Source of the DNA: Bdellovibrionales bacterium
GTDB taxonomy: Bacteria > Bdellovibrionota > Bdellovibrionia > Bdellovibrionales > JAMPXM01
Assembly: GCA_043739185.1 (NCBI GenBank)
Contig: JAYUEN010000287.1
Location: forward strand, 1-13,711
Direction of reading: 5' to 3'
DNA: 13,711 nucleotides
Shown here piece after piece: positions 1-6,882 of the stretch; positions within the stretch are counted from its first letter, which is position 1, and every line of letters begins with the position of its first letter. Made by a program: the position numbers and the translations under genes. The notes beneath the pieces were generated by a model, which saw only the letters and a program-made list of their open reading frames with translations, was not told where the DNA came from and did no database searches.

Positions 1-19
1 AATCCCCCCTCCTCCGCCA
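1..19 (+). tRNA. 3' end of a tRNA, probably tRNA-Ser (truncated by the window edge), or its att-core duplicate
   Basis: AAT-CCCCC-CTCCTCC-G-CCA parses exactly as the end of the T-loop, a 5-nt T-stem strand, a 7-nt acceptor strand, discriminator G73 and encoded CCA. G73 with a GGAG-type acceptor is typical of bacterial tRNA-Ser. The anticodon is outside the window. Confidence 0.8.
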
Positions 20-70
20 TCACTGAATACCAAAGTTCTCAAGCAAAATATTTTTCACAATTAGTACAAT

Positions 71-83
71 AAACAATAACTTA
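71..83 (+). promoter_or_regulatory. IHF-like binding site
   Basis: AAACAATAACTTA matches the IHF consensus WATCAANNNNTTR with one mismatch and lies in AT-rich DNA between the tRNA end and the direct repeats. Confidence 0.4.
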
Positions 84-160
84 GCGGCGATTGAGTGTGC
101 GTAACTCTGTTTTGAAATATCATGCGACATCATAGGGAATAATGTCAGTTGCTAACATTT

Positions 161-199
161 TGTAGTGATCGGCTGTAGTGATTTCAGTTTTGTAGTGAT
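161..199 (+). repeat. Three direct repeats of TGTAGTGAT (candidate integrase arm-type sites)
   Basis: Exact 9-mer at 161-169, 174-182 and 191-199. Copies 1 and 3 extend to TTTTGTAGTGAT. Confidence 0.7.
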
Positions 200-611
200 T
201 TTAAATATAAAGTCAGTTGGTCTCAGTTCAGTCTAGCCAGAAAGACGAAACCATCAAAAAAGAGACATCTCAAACTGTATAAAAGGTTTTCTTAGAAATT
301 TGTTTCTCTGAACTTTGAGCTCAACTTTTTTGTTTTCTAAAACAATATAGGGTTCTATAGGGCCTTACCAGCTTACAAAAATTGAAAAATTCTCTGCGAG
401 TTTTTGAAAAATATTTTTTTTTGGTCAACTCCTGCGATTTTTAATCCAGCGAAAAATCAGTATCGCAGTGGCCGCCGTTACAGTCCTTTAAAATCTCCCT
501 TCATGCCCTAAAAAGAACGCGATGTTGATTTCATCGCTCCAAAATCAGTAATTTGTGAGGCTCTAAATTACACGTGGCACACTTGAAGTGTAGACCGCGA
601 AATATCAGAAC

Positions 612-950
612 TTATTGGCAGGTAATAGAAGTAAAAATTTCTGCCGTAGATGTATATGTGAAATTAAAGCCGCCTCCGGTTGAAAGCCTAAGAACAGGTG
701 ATAAGTATGCAAACGTGTAAATTTGTTTGGATTTAGGATCAATATCGCCTCTCATTAATTGATGGGCTGAGGCGACTGCCGTTGTGTTTGCTCCAGTTAA
801 TGCTTTGCAAACCACATTTTGTTCGGCTTGATTATTTGTGTAGGCGATCAAAACTTTTCCCAACTGGGGCGTTACAAAAACTTCAGCATTTGCTTTGATA
901 GAAGTCATTGTGGCTAAGGTCAGGATTAAAGCGTATATCGAAAATTTCAT
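612..950 (-). CDS. Small secreted hypothetical protein (112 aa)
   Basis: ATG preceded by AGGAG SD. Sec-type signal peptide MKFSIYALILTLATMTSIKANA with an AxA cleavage site. Two Cys in the mature part. No family recognised. Confidence 0.8.
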   Translation of the reverse strand: MKFSIYALILTLATMTSIKANAEVFVTPQLGKVLIAYTNNQAEQNVVCKALTGANTTAVASAHQLMRGDIDPKSKQIYTFAYLSPVLRLSTGGGFNFTYTSTAEIFTSITCQ

Positions 951-1021
951 ACCAGCTCCTAAGATTTTATGGCCTCATTTAGGCCTCTAGATTATTAGTG
1001 ATTCATTACAGATGAAGAGAT

Positions 1022-1038
1022 TGCAATCTGCGCACCAA
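1022..1038 (-). promoter_or_regulatory. Sigma54 (-24/-12) type promoter for the 612..950 gene
   Basis: Minus strand reads TTGGTGCGCAGATTGCA: GG-N10-GC spacing with TTGCA, close to the consensus YTGGCACG-N4-TTGCW. Confidence 0.6.
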
Positions 1039-1172
1039 TTTCCTGAGTGCCAAACTACTTATTTTTAGTCTGATGAAGTTGCGGGTGAAATTAAGACAAA
1101 ATTTGTTAGATACGCCCGGTGTCGAATATTTAGCCATAGGTAATACGCGCCGAAAAAATTTCTATCAGCCGC

Positions 1173-1196
1173 AACAAAAGGCTCCCTTTTGGAGCC
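1173..1196 (-). terminator. Rho-independent terminator downstream of the 1306..1716 gene
   Basis: Minus strand GGCTCC-AAAAG-GGAGCC followed by TTTTGTT. Confidence 0.6.
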
Positions 1197-1305
1197 GTGC
1201 GAATAAAATGTGCGGCTTGATTTACAGTTTTCAAAAAAGGAAATCTTTGAACTTTTTCTACTTGCTAAACAGTCCATCTTTTTTCTTCGAGACAAGTGAA
1301 TATGA

Positions 1306-1716
1306 TCACTTAATTTTCATGAGAGCTGCGATTTGATCGCCGCCACAAAATTTAGAGCTGTGGTCAGTAAAAAGAGCAGTTATTTGTGATCCATTTTGCT
1401 CAAGTTGAAATGTGTTTGAGCCCTCGGTTATAGGATTTACTTGCGTCTTTCCATCAATTAGTTCGCCTAAGCTGTATTCCATGACAACTGGGTTGCCTTT
1501 AAATTTCATTGATATTGTAAGATGATCAGCCGAAACTAAAAAAGTGTATTCAGTTACAGTACTAGTAAAGCCTGAGTCTTCGATAATTGCGCCGTTAACA
1601 CAAACTCGATCCCCAGCGGGAATATAGGTGCCAGGTCTAACTGCTAATGCATTCACAGCCGTAGATAAAACTGCCAAAATAAGTCCACTCTGTAAAATCG
1701 ATTGACGTAAATTCAT
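1306..1716 (-). CDS. Secreted hypothetical protein (~136 aa)
   Basis: Signal peptide (MNLRQSILQSGLILAVLSTAVNA), beta-rich mature region, two Cys. The AGAGG SD is better spaced for the ATG at 1716 than for the ATG at 1722. Confidence 0.8.
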   Translation of the reverse strand: MNLRQSILQSGLILAVLSTAVNALAVRPGTYIPAGDRVCVNGAIIEDSGFTSTVTEYTFLVSADHLTISMKFKGNPVVMEYSLGELIDGKTQVNPITEGSNTFQLEQNGSQITALFTDHSSKFCGGDQIAALMKIK

Positions 1717-1762
1717 TCGCATTTCCTCTTTAGATCTAGCTCATTAATATAAAAGAGTAGGC

Positions 1763-1779
1763 TTCACTATTTGTGCCAG
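1763..1779 (-). promoter_or_regulatory. Possible sigma54-like promoter with a variant -12 element
   Basis: Minus strand CTGGCACAAATAGTGAA: a perfect TGGCAC -24 box, but GA instead of GC at -12. Confidence 0.3.
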
Positions 1780-1845
1780 AAACGAATGTCATTCTGGTGG
1801 CCCCCGCTACCGTCAACCTGACTTAACGGGACGCTTTCGCATCGG

Positions 1846-3396
1846 CTAATGACTACCATACATACGATCCTCGAAGGCAGCGAGGGCCACCTTTGCTCCT
1901 TCGCCCATTGCAATAATGATTTGCTTAAATGGAGTCGTCGTAACATCTCCAGCAGCATATATGCCTAGAACATTGGTGTGCCCCTTAGCATCCACGATAA
2001 TTTCGCCAAATTTTGTAAGCTCTAAAATGCCATTGGCGAATCCGCTATTGGGAATAAGACCGATTTGCACAAAGACTCCCTGGATCGGCATGTGGATAGC
2101 TTTTTCAGTTTTGCGGTCAAGATAGCGAAGGTCAGTGATTTTTTGTCCATTGCCGATCAATTCACTGGTTTGTGCATTGGTGACCACGGAGACGTTTTTA
2201 AGCGAAATTAGCTTGTCGATCAGAATCTTATCCGCCTTTAAATTTTCATTATATTCAAAAACAACAACTTCACCGGCAATGCCTGCAAGATCAATGGCGG
2301 CCTCAACTCCTGAATTGCCTCCACCTATAACGGCGATCTTTTTGCCTTTGTAGAACGGGCCATCGCAATGCGGACAGTAGGCAACTCCGCGACCGATATA
2401 ATCCTTTTCGCCAGGCACTCCAAGCTCCCTCCACTTTGCGCCCGTCGCAATGATAATAGAGTTTCCACTGATAGTCTCACCACTTTCGAGCAAAATAGTC
2501 TTGTCTTTAGTTAGAGACCTCACTCGGCGTTGATCGAAAATTTTCACAGGATATGAGGAAATATGTTTGTATAGCTGCTCGGACAATTGGGGACCTTCGG
2601 TATAAATTACGGAAATTAAATTTTCGATACCTTTGGTCTCCTGAACTTGCCCACCTAGGCGCTCGGCAATCAATGCTGTTTTCAGTCCTTTGCGGGCACT
2701 ATAAATCGCGGCAGATGCGCCTGCAGGCCCCCCACCAATGACAACGACATCAAAATGCCCTAAATTCACAATGCTCTGCTTTTTTTCAGTAGTATCGGTT
2801 CCGAAAACCTCTTCGAGTTTGACCAGCAAATCCAAAAAATGAATTCGGCCAGAGTGTATCATTTTCGAATTCACGACAATGCTCGGAACTCCCTGAATTC
2901 CAATCGAGTCCACTTCATTTTGAGCGTAGCCTCCGTCGACCATTTCGTGCTGGAAGTCTTTATGAATCAATGCCATTTGATTCAGCGCTTGTACAACATC
3001 AGGACAATTTTCGCAGGTGAGTGAAATGTAGGTTTTGATTCGAATAGGACTCTTTAAACTTTGAATACGAGCAGCTAATCCTTCGTCAGGCAGCTTGCCT
3101 TTTCCACTGGAATTCAAAATTGCCAAAATCAAGGATGTGAATTCATGTCCACCGGGTATACCGCGAAAATAAATTCCTGTAGGTGAACCATTTCGCTCAA
3201 TCCAAAACCTTGGGCATTCACTTTTTGAGCCTGATGGCTTGGCTGTTATTTTGGAGCTCGTCGAAGCGACATCTTCAAGCATTTCGACAAGCTCAAACTG
3301 TTTTTCGTGTTCTGATAAATCGTAAACAAGATCAATTGGCTGAACAATAGCAGCAAACACCGAATTCAATTGTGATTTAATATCTTGGTCTAACAT
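1846..3396 (-). CDS. ahpF: Alkyl hydroperoxide reductase subunit F (516 aa)
   Basis: N-terminus MLDQDIKSQL, GIPGGHEFTSLILA, NTD CxxC (SLTCENCPDVVQALN), FAD motif GGGPAG, CPHCDGP, NAD motif GGGNSGVEAAIDLAG, and C-terminal KQIIIAMGEGAKVAL. Start placed at 3396 from the CAGGAG SD. Confidence 0.97.
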   Translation of the reverse strand: MLDQDIKSQLNSVFAAIVQPIDLVYDLSEHEKQFELVEMLEDVASTSSKITAKPSGSKSECPRFWIERNGSPTGIYFRGIPGGHEFTSLILAILNSSGKGKLPDEGLAARIQSLKSPIRIKTYISLTCENCPDVVQALNQMALIHKDFQHEMVDGGYAQNEVDSIGIQGVPSIVVNSKMIHSGRIHFLDLLVKLEEVFGTDTTEKKQSIVNLGHFDVVVIGGGPAGASAAIYSARKGLKTALIAERLGGQVQETKGIENLISVIYTEGPQLSEQLYKHISSYPVKIFDQRRVRSLTKDKTILLESGETISGNSIIIATGAKWRELGVPGEKDYIGRGVAYCPHCDGPFYKGKKIAVIGGGNSGVEAAIDLAGIAGEVVVFEYNENLKADKILIDKLISLKNVSVVTNAQTSELIGNGQKITDLRYLDRKTEKAIHMPIQGVFVQIGLIPNSGFANGILELTKFGEIIVDAKGHTNVLGIYAAGDVTTTPFKQIIIAMGEGAKVALAAFEDRMYGSH

Positions 3397-3430
3397 AGGC
3401 ATCTCCTGCTGTTCGTTTGTTGAGATTAGT

Positions 3431-3997
3431 TTAGATTTTTCCGACAAGGTTAAGGCCTGGCTTCAGAGTCGCTCCACCCGGTTGCCATTTAGCAGGGCAA
3501 ACTTCATTGGGGTGTGCTGCAATAAACTGTGCTGCCTGAACCTTGCGAAGTAATTCTTCCGCATTGCGACCGATACCATTGTCGTTAATTTCAGCAAGCT
3601 TAATTTGGCCTTCGGGATTCACGAGGAAGGTTCCACGATAAGCTAAGCCTTCTTCTTCGATGTAGACACCGAATGATTTGGCAAGGTGCCCGGTGGGATC
3701 AGCAAGCATTGGGTATTTGATTTTCTTAATGGTTTCAGAAGTGTCATGCCAAGCTTTGTGTGTGAAGTGGGTATCAGTACTCACCGAATAAACCTCCACG
3801 CCCATTTTTTGGAAGTCCGCATATTTATCAGCCATATCACCAAGTTCAGTTGGGCAAACGAAGGTGAAATCGGCTGGATAGAAGAAAAAAATCGACCATT
3901 TGCCATTCAGATCATTGCGTGAAACGGTTTTAAACGTTTCATTGTGATAGGCCTGAACTTTGAATTCCGGGACCTTTGTGTTGATAAGTGTTGTCAT
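3431..3997 (-). CDS. ahpC: Alkyl hydroperoxide reductase subunit C, 2-Cys peroxiredoxin (188 aa)
   Basis: FFYPADFTFVCPTELGD peroxidatic motif, STDTHFTHKAWH, and EVCPAKW resolving Cys. GAGGAG SD before the ATG at 3997. Directly upstream of ahpF. Confidence 0.98.
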   Translation of the reverse strand: MTTLINTKVPEFKVQAYHNETFKTVSRNDLNGKWSIFFFYPADFTFVCPTELGDMADKYADFQKMGVEVYSVSTDTHFTHKAWHDTSETIKKIKYPMLADPTGHLAKSFGVYIEEEGLAYRGTFLVNPEGQIKLAEINDNGIGRNAEELLRKVQAAQFIAAHPNEVCPAKWQPGGATLKPGLNLVGKI

Positions 3998-4019
3998 AGC
4001 TAGTTCTCCTCTGGTTTGC

Positions 4020-4038
4020 ACTTCGGCTTCGCCGAAGT
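4020..4038 (-). other. Perfect 8-bp hairpin in the ahpC 5' leader
   Basis: ACTTCGGC-GAA-GCCGAAGT on the minus strand, between the putative -10 (TATTAT, 4065-4070) and the SD. Confidence 0.6.
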
Positions 4039-4084
4039 CGGGTTATTATTGTTTTACTTTGTTTATAATACGGCATCTTGTGGT

Positions 4085-4129
4085 TTAGATGAAATCGATA
4101 TAATATTAATGGTGATAGATTTACTCTAT
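4085..4129. promoter_or_regulatory. OxyR binding site in the ahpC-oxyR divergent promoter region
   Basis: Perfect ATAG-N7-CTAT at 4115-4129 and a degenerate TTAG-N7-CGAT at 4085-4099. Matches the OxyR/LysR box in the expected position. Confidence 0.7.
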
Positions 4130-4147
4130 TAATAATTTGGAGGATTT

Positions 4148-5107
4148 ATGGCGGCCAAACTGAATTTTTCACTGACTCAGTTGGAATACGTTTTAGCTGT
4201 GCATAAACTGGGACACTTTGCCAAGGCGGCAGAACATTGTTTTGTAACACAACCCACCTTAAGCATGCAGATTCAGAAGCTGGAGGCGTCCCTGGGCACG
4301 ACAATTTTTGATCGCTCTAAAAAGCCGATCCTGCTGACCGAGCAAGGTCATAAACTGGTTCTGCAAATGCGTACCATCGTACAGGAGGCCAATAAGCTTG
4401 AGGCTATTAACGACGCAGGCAAATCTGGTATCCTTGCCGGAAATTTAACAGTGGGCGTGATTTCAACCCTTGCCCCTTATTTGATGCCCAGAGTGTTACC
4501 CATTCTTCGAAAAATGTACCCTGAGCTCCACTTGTCGATTCATGAAATGCAGACCCATAAAATCATTGAAGGCCTTAACGAAGATACAATTGATGTGGGC
4601 CTGTTAGCTATTCCCCTAAGAATGCCTCAAATTCATGAGCGGCATCTGTTTTGGGAGCCTTTTTCTCTCTTATGTCGCAATGATCACCCGCTCAGTAAAC
4701 TAAAGGCGATTCGCTACTCATCCCTTAAGTCAGATGACATTTGGCTTTTAGAGGAAGGTCATTGTCTGCGGAATCAGGTTCTCGATATTTGTTCCCACAT
4801 GAAAAGAAAAAATTCCAGTCATCTGTATCGCTTCGAAAGTGGTAGCCTGGAAACTTTGAAGCGAATCGTAGAATCGATAGGTGGCTATACTCTGATTCCT
4901 GATCTTGCTAAAGACAACTTGGGAACACATGTGAAAGTCATTCCATTTGATAGACCAATTCCTGCTCGGCAGATTGGCTTAGTGTCTAGGCGAGATCAAT
5001 ACAAAGCCAATTTACTCGAGGCACTTGAGTCCGCATTATTGAAGTGCGTTCCGGATTCCCTACGTTTGATTAAGCAGAAAGATTTAGATGTGATTCCTGT
5101 TACTTAA
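4148..5107 (+). CDS. oxyR: Hydrogen peroxide-inducible LysR-type regulator OxyR
   Basis: LysR HTH (HFAKAAEHCFVTQPTLSMQIQKLE) and the redox Cys pair LLEEGHCLRNQVLDIC (C199/C208 equivalents), plus GSLETL. GGAGG SD. Divergent from ahpCF. Confidence 0.95.
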   Translation: MAAKLNFSLTQLEYVLAVHKLGHFAKAAEHCFVTQPTLSMQIQKLEASLGTTIFDRSKKPILLTEQGHKLVLQMRTIVQEANKLEAINDAGKSGILAGNLTVGVISTLAPYLMPRVLPILRKMYPELHLSIHEMQTHKIIEGLNEDTIDVGLLAIPLRMPQIHERHLFWEPFSLLCRNDHPLSKLKAIRYSSLKSDDIWLLEEGHCLRNQVLDICSHMKRKNSSHLYRFESGSLETLKRIVESIGGYTLIPDLAKDNLGTHVKVIPFDRPIPARQIGLVSRRDQYKANLLEALESALLKCVPDSLRLIKQKDLDVIPVT

Positions 5108-5125
5108 AAATTATTTTTAAGTAAC
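5099..5125. repeat. AT-rich perfect inverted repeat overlapping the oxyR stop
   Basis: GTTACTTAAAAA-TTA-TTTTTAAGTAAC (12-bp arms). Confidence 0.6.
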
Positions 5126-5472
5126 GTCATTTATTTTTCGGAAAGAATCCCGCAATCTGTGGGCCAACTAGAGAGCCAAAGTCTTGAGGGACAATGACTC
5201 GTCAAAGAGGAATAATGGGTCATTTTATTACCGGTATAGAGCCATCTCTACGGAGCTGGCATTTAGTTCAGGCTGGGGAATTGCAAAAAAAAGTGAAGTC
5301 ATTGGTTGTTTTCTCCACATTTGGAAGTCGTTGTGACACTTACCAAATTTACTTTAGTTACTATTTATCACTTCGCTTGGAGATGATCAGGTCATCTCCG
5401 CAAACAAGCTAAGCGGAACGGCGAACGCATAGTTAGTGCTGGAATAAACTTCGCTAAAAGAATGAGTCAAAC

Positions 5473-6690
5473 ATGCTTCATGAGTTTTTACTGGAAAACG
5501 AAAAAGAAATTTTGGGCATGACTGAAAAGAAGGCACGCGACTTAGCGGGAGACGGCCCCAGTTCAGAGCGGCTCAAACAGGGACTTCCTATTTTCTATAA
5601 ACAACTCATGACTGAACTTCGCCTTGAGCAAAGCATTCATCCAGAATACACGATCGATAAAGATGGTATGGCTCAAGCCGCTCGTGACGCCGACGAGCCA
5701 GCAATGTCAGCTGCATCTGGCCGCGCAGATGAGGTAGGGTTAGCGAAGTCAGCTGGCAACCATGGAGTCGAATTACTGCGTCTAGGTTATACGCTTTCTC
5801 ACGTTGTTCATGCATATGGAGCCATGTGCCAGTCGATCTCTGAACTCGCAACAACGAAAAAGGCCCGGATCACTACGACGGAATTTCATGATTTGAATCA
5901 ATGTTTAGATGTCGCGATTGCAAGTGCGGTTACCGAGTATGAAAAACACCAAAGTAGCAAAGAATCGAGCCGGGAGATCGAGCACCTCGGATTTTTAGCC
6001 CATGAATTGCGAAACGCACTCAACACAGTCGTCATGGCTTTCCAATTGGTCAAGGATGGAACGGTGACTGCTGGCGGAACCACGGGCCAAATACTCGAAA
6101 GGGGCTTGAAACGTCTCGACCAACTCATTGATCGGTCGTTAACCGAGGTAAGACTAAAAGTTGATCCAAAGATTAATACGGAACCCGGCAATCTGTTACT
6201 GATAGTAGATCAAATTGCTCTTACCGCAAAGATCGAGGCTCGGTCACGAAACCAAACTCTGGATATTCGCGTTGATCCTGCTTTAGTGATTGAAGCCGAT
6301 CAACAACTCTTTCACTCTGCCTTATCCAATCTTATTCAGAACGCGCTCAAGTATACACACGATGGCGGTAAAATTCAGGTCCGAGCCAAGTTGGTCGGAG
6401 AGAGTATTGTCGTTGAAGTGGAAGATGAGTGTGGTGGTCTTTCGCCTAACGCAGAGACCGAGCTTTTTAAACCATTTGAGCAACAAAATGAGAATCGTGA
6501 AGGCTTAGGACTAGGACTCACAATCGCCCGACGAGCGATTGATCTGAACCATGGAACGCTCAAAGTTGAAAACCTTCCGGGAAAAGGCTGCATTTTCAAA
6601 ATCACCTTACCTAAAAAGCCGAGCAACAAAAAATCGGGATTGGAATCACAAACTCGGAGCCCTGAACCTACTGCACACCTACATCCTTGA
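5473..6690 (+). CDS. Cytoplasmic sensor histidine kinase (HisKA + HATPase_c) with a helical RsbRD_N-like N-terminal domain
   Basis: H-box LAHELRNAL, N-box NLIQNALKYT, G1 DECGGL, F-box LFKPF, G2 GLGLGL. No transmembrane segments. The N-domain assignment comes from resemblance only. Confidence 0.92.
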   Translation: MLHEFLLENEKEILGMTEKKARDLAGDGPSSERLKQGLPIFYKQLMTELRLEQSIHPEYTIDKDGMAQAARDADEPAMSAASGRADEVGLAKSAGNHGVELLRLGYTLSHVVHAYGAMCQSISELATTKKARITTTEFHDLNQCLDVAIASAVTEYEKHQSSKESSREIEHLGFLAHELRNALNTVVMAFQLVKDGTVTAGGTTGQILERGLKRLDQLIDRSLTEVRLKVDPKINTEPGNLLLIVDQIALTAKIEARSRNQTLDIRVDPALVIEADQQLFHSALSNLIQNALKYTHDGGKIQVRAKLVGESIVVEVEDECGGLSPNAETELFKPFEQQNENREGLGLGLTIARRAIDLNHGTLKVENLPGKGCIFKITLPKKPSNKKSGLESQTRSPEPTAHLHP

Positions 6691-6781
6691 ATTCGTCGGC
6701 TTCATTCTAAACAAAAATAACCCCGAAAATCTTTGATGAGATAGCCGCTATGGATTTGAGAATGAAATGACAATAGGGCGA

Positions 6782-6808
6782 CCCCTGCTACTGTTAGCTG
6801 GGGCTTTT
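6782..6808 (+). terminator. Possible terminator after the histidine kinase
   Basis: CCCC-T-GCTA-CTGT-TAGC-T-GGGG followed by CTTTT, with one mismatch in the stem. Confidence 0.35.
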
Positions 6809-6882
6809 GGTCAAGCTGATAGTACTGGTTCTATACAATTTTTATGATTCGGCCGATTCGCCAAAACCATTTAATCAAAGGA

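Noticed and set aside
1065..1336. ORFs 1065..1295 (-) and 1073..1336 (+)
   Set aside because: No SD and no recognisable motifs. They overlap a terminator and each other.
1794..1859. Bona fide c-di-GMP-I or fluoride riboswitch
   Set aside because: The GEMM 5' half (GGCAAA plus the P2 hairpin before GACGCAAAG) is absent. The plus-strand GCTAATGAC lacks the fluoride GGnGATG 5' element and lies antisense to the ahpF end. Kept only as an unassigned structured segment.
3397..3447. N-terminal extension of AhpF overlapping ahpC
   Set aside because: The typical AhpF start MLD has its own SD at 3396. The extension is an ORF-caller artefact.
3998..4021. N-terminal extension of AhpC (MQTRGELA)
   Set aside because: It spans the GAGGAG SD of the ATG at 3997.
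5269..5285. Sigma54 promoter before the histidine kinase (CAGGCTGGGGAATTGCA)
   Set aside because: GG-N10-GC spacing is right, but the -24 box is a poor match and could be chance.
5194..5412. 72-aa ORF between oxyR and the kinase
   Set aside because: It has a possible GAGGG SD but no motif or protein-like composition, and it runs through likely promoter DNA. It cannot be excluded without Ribo-seq.
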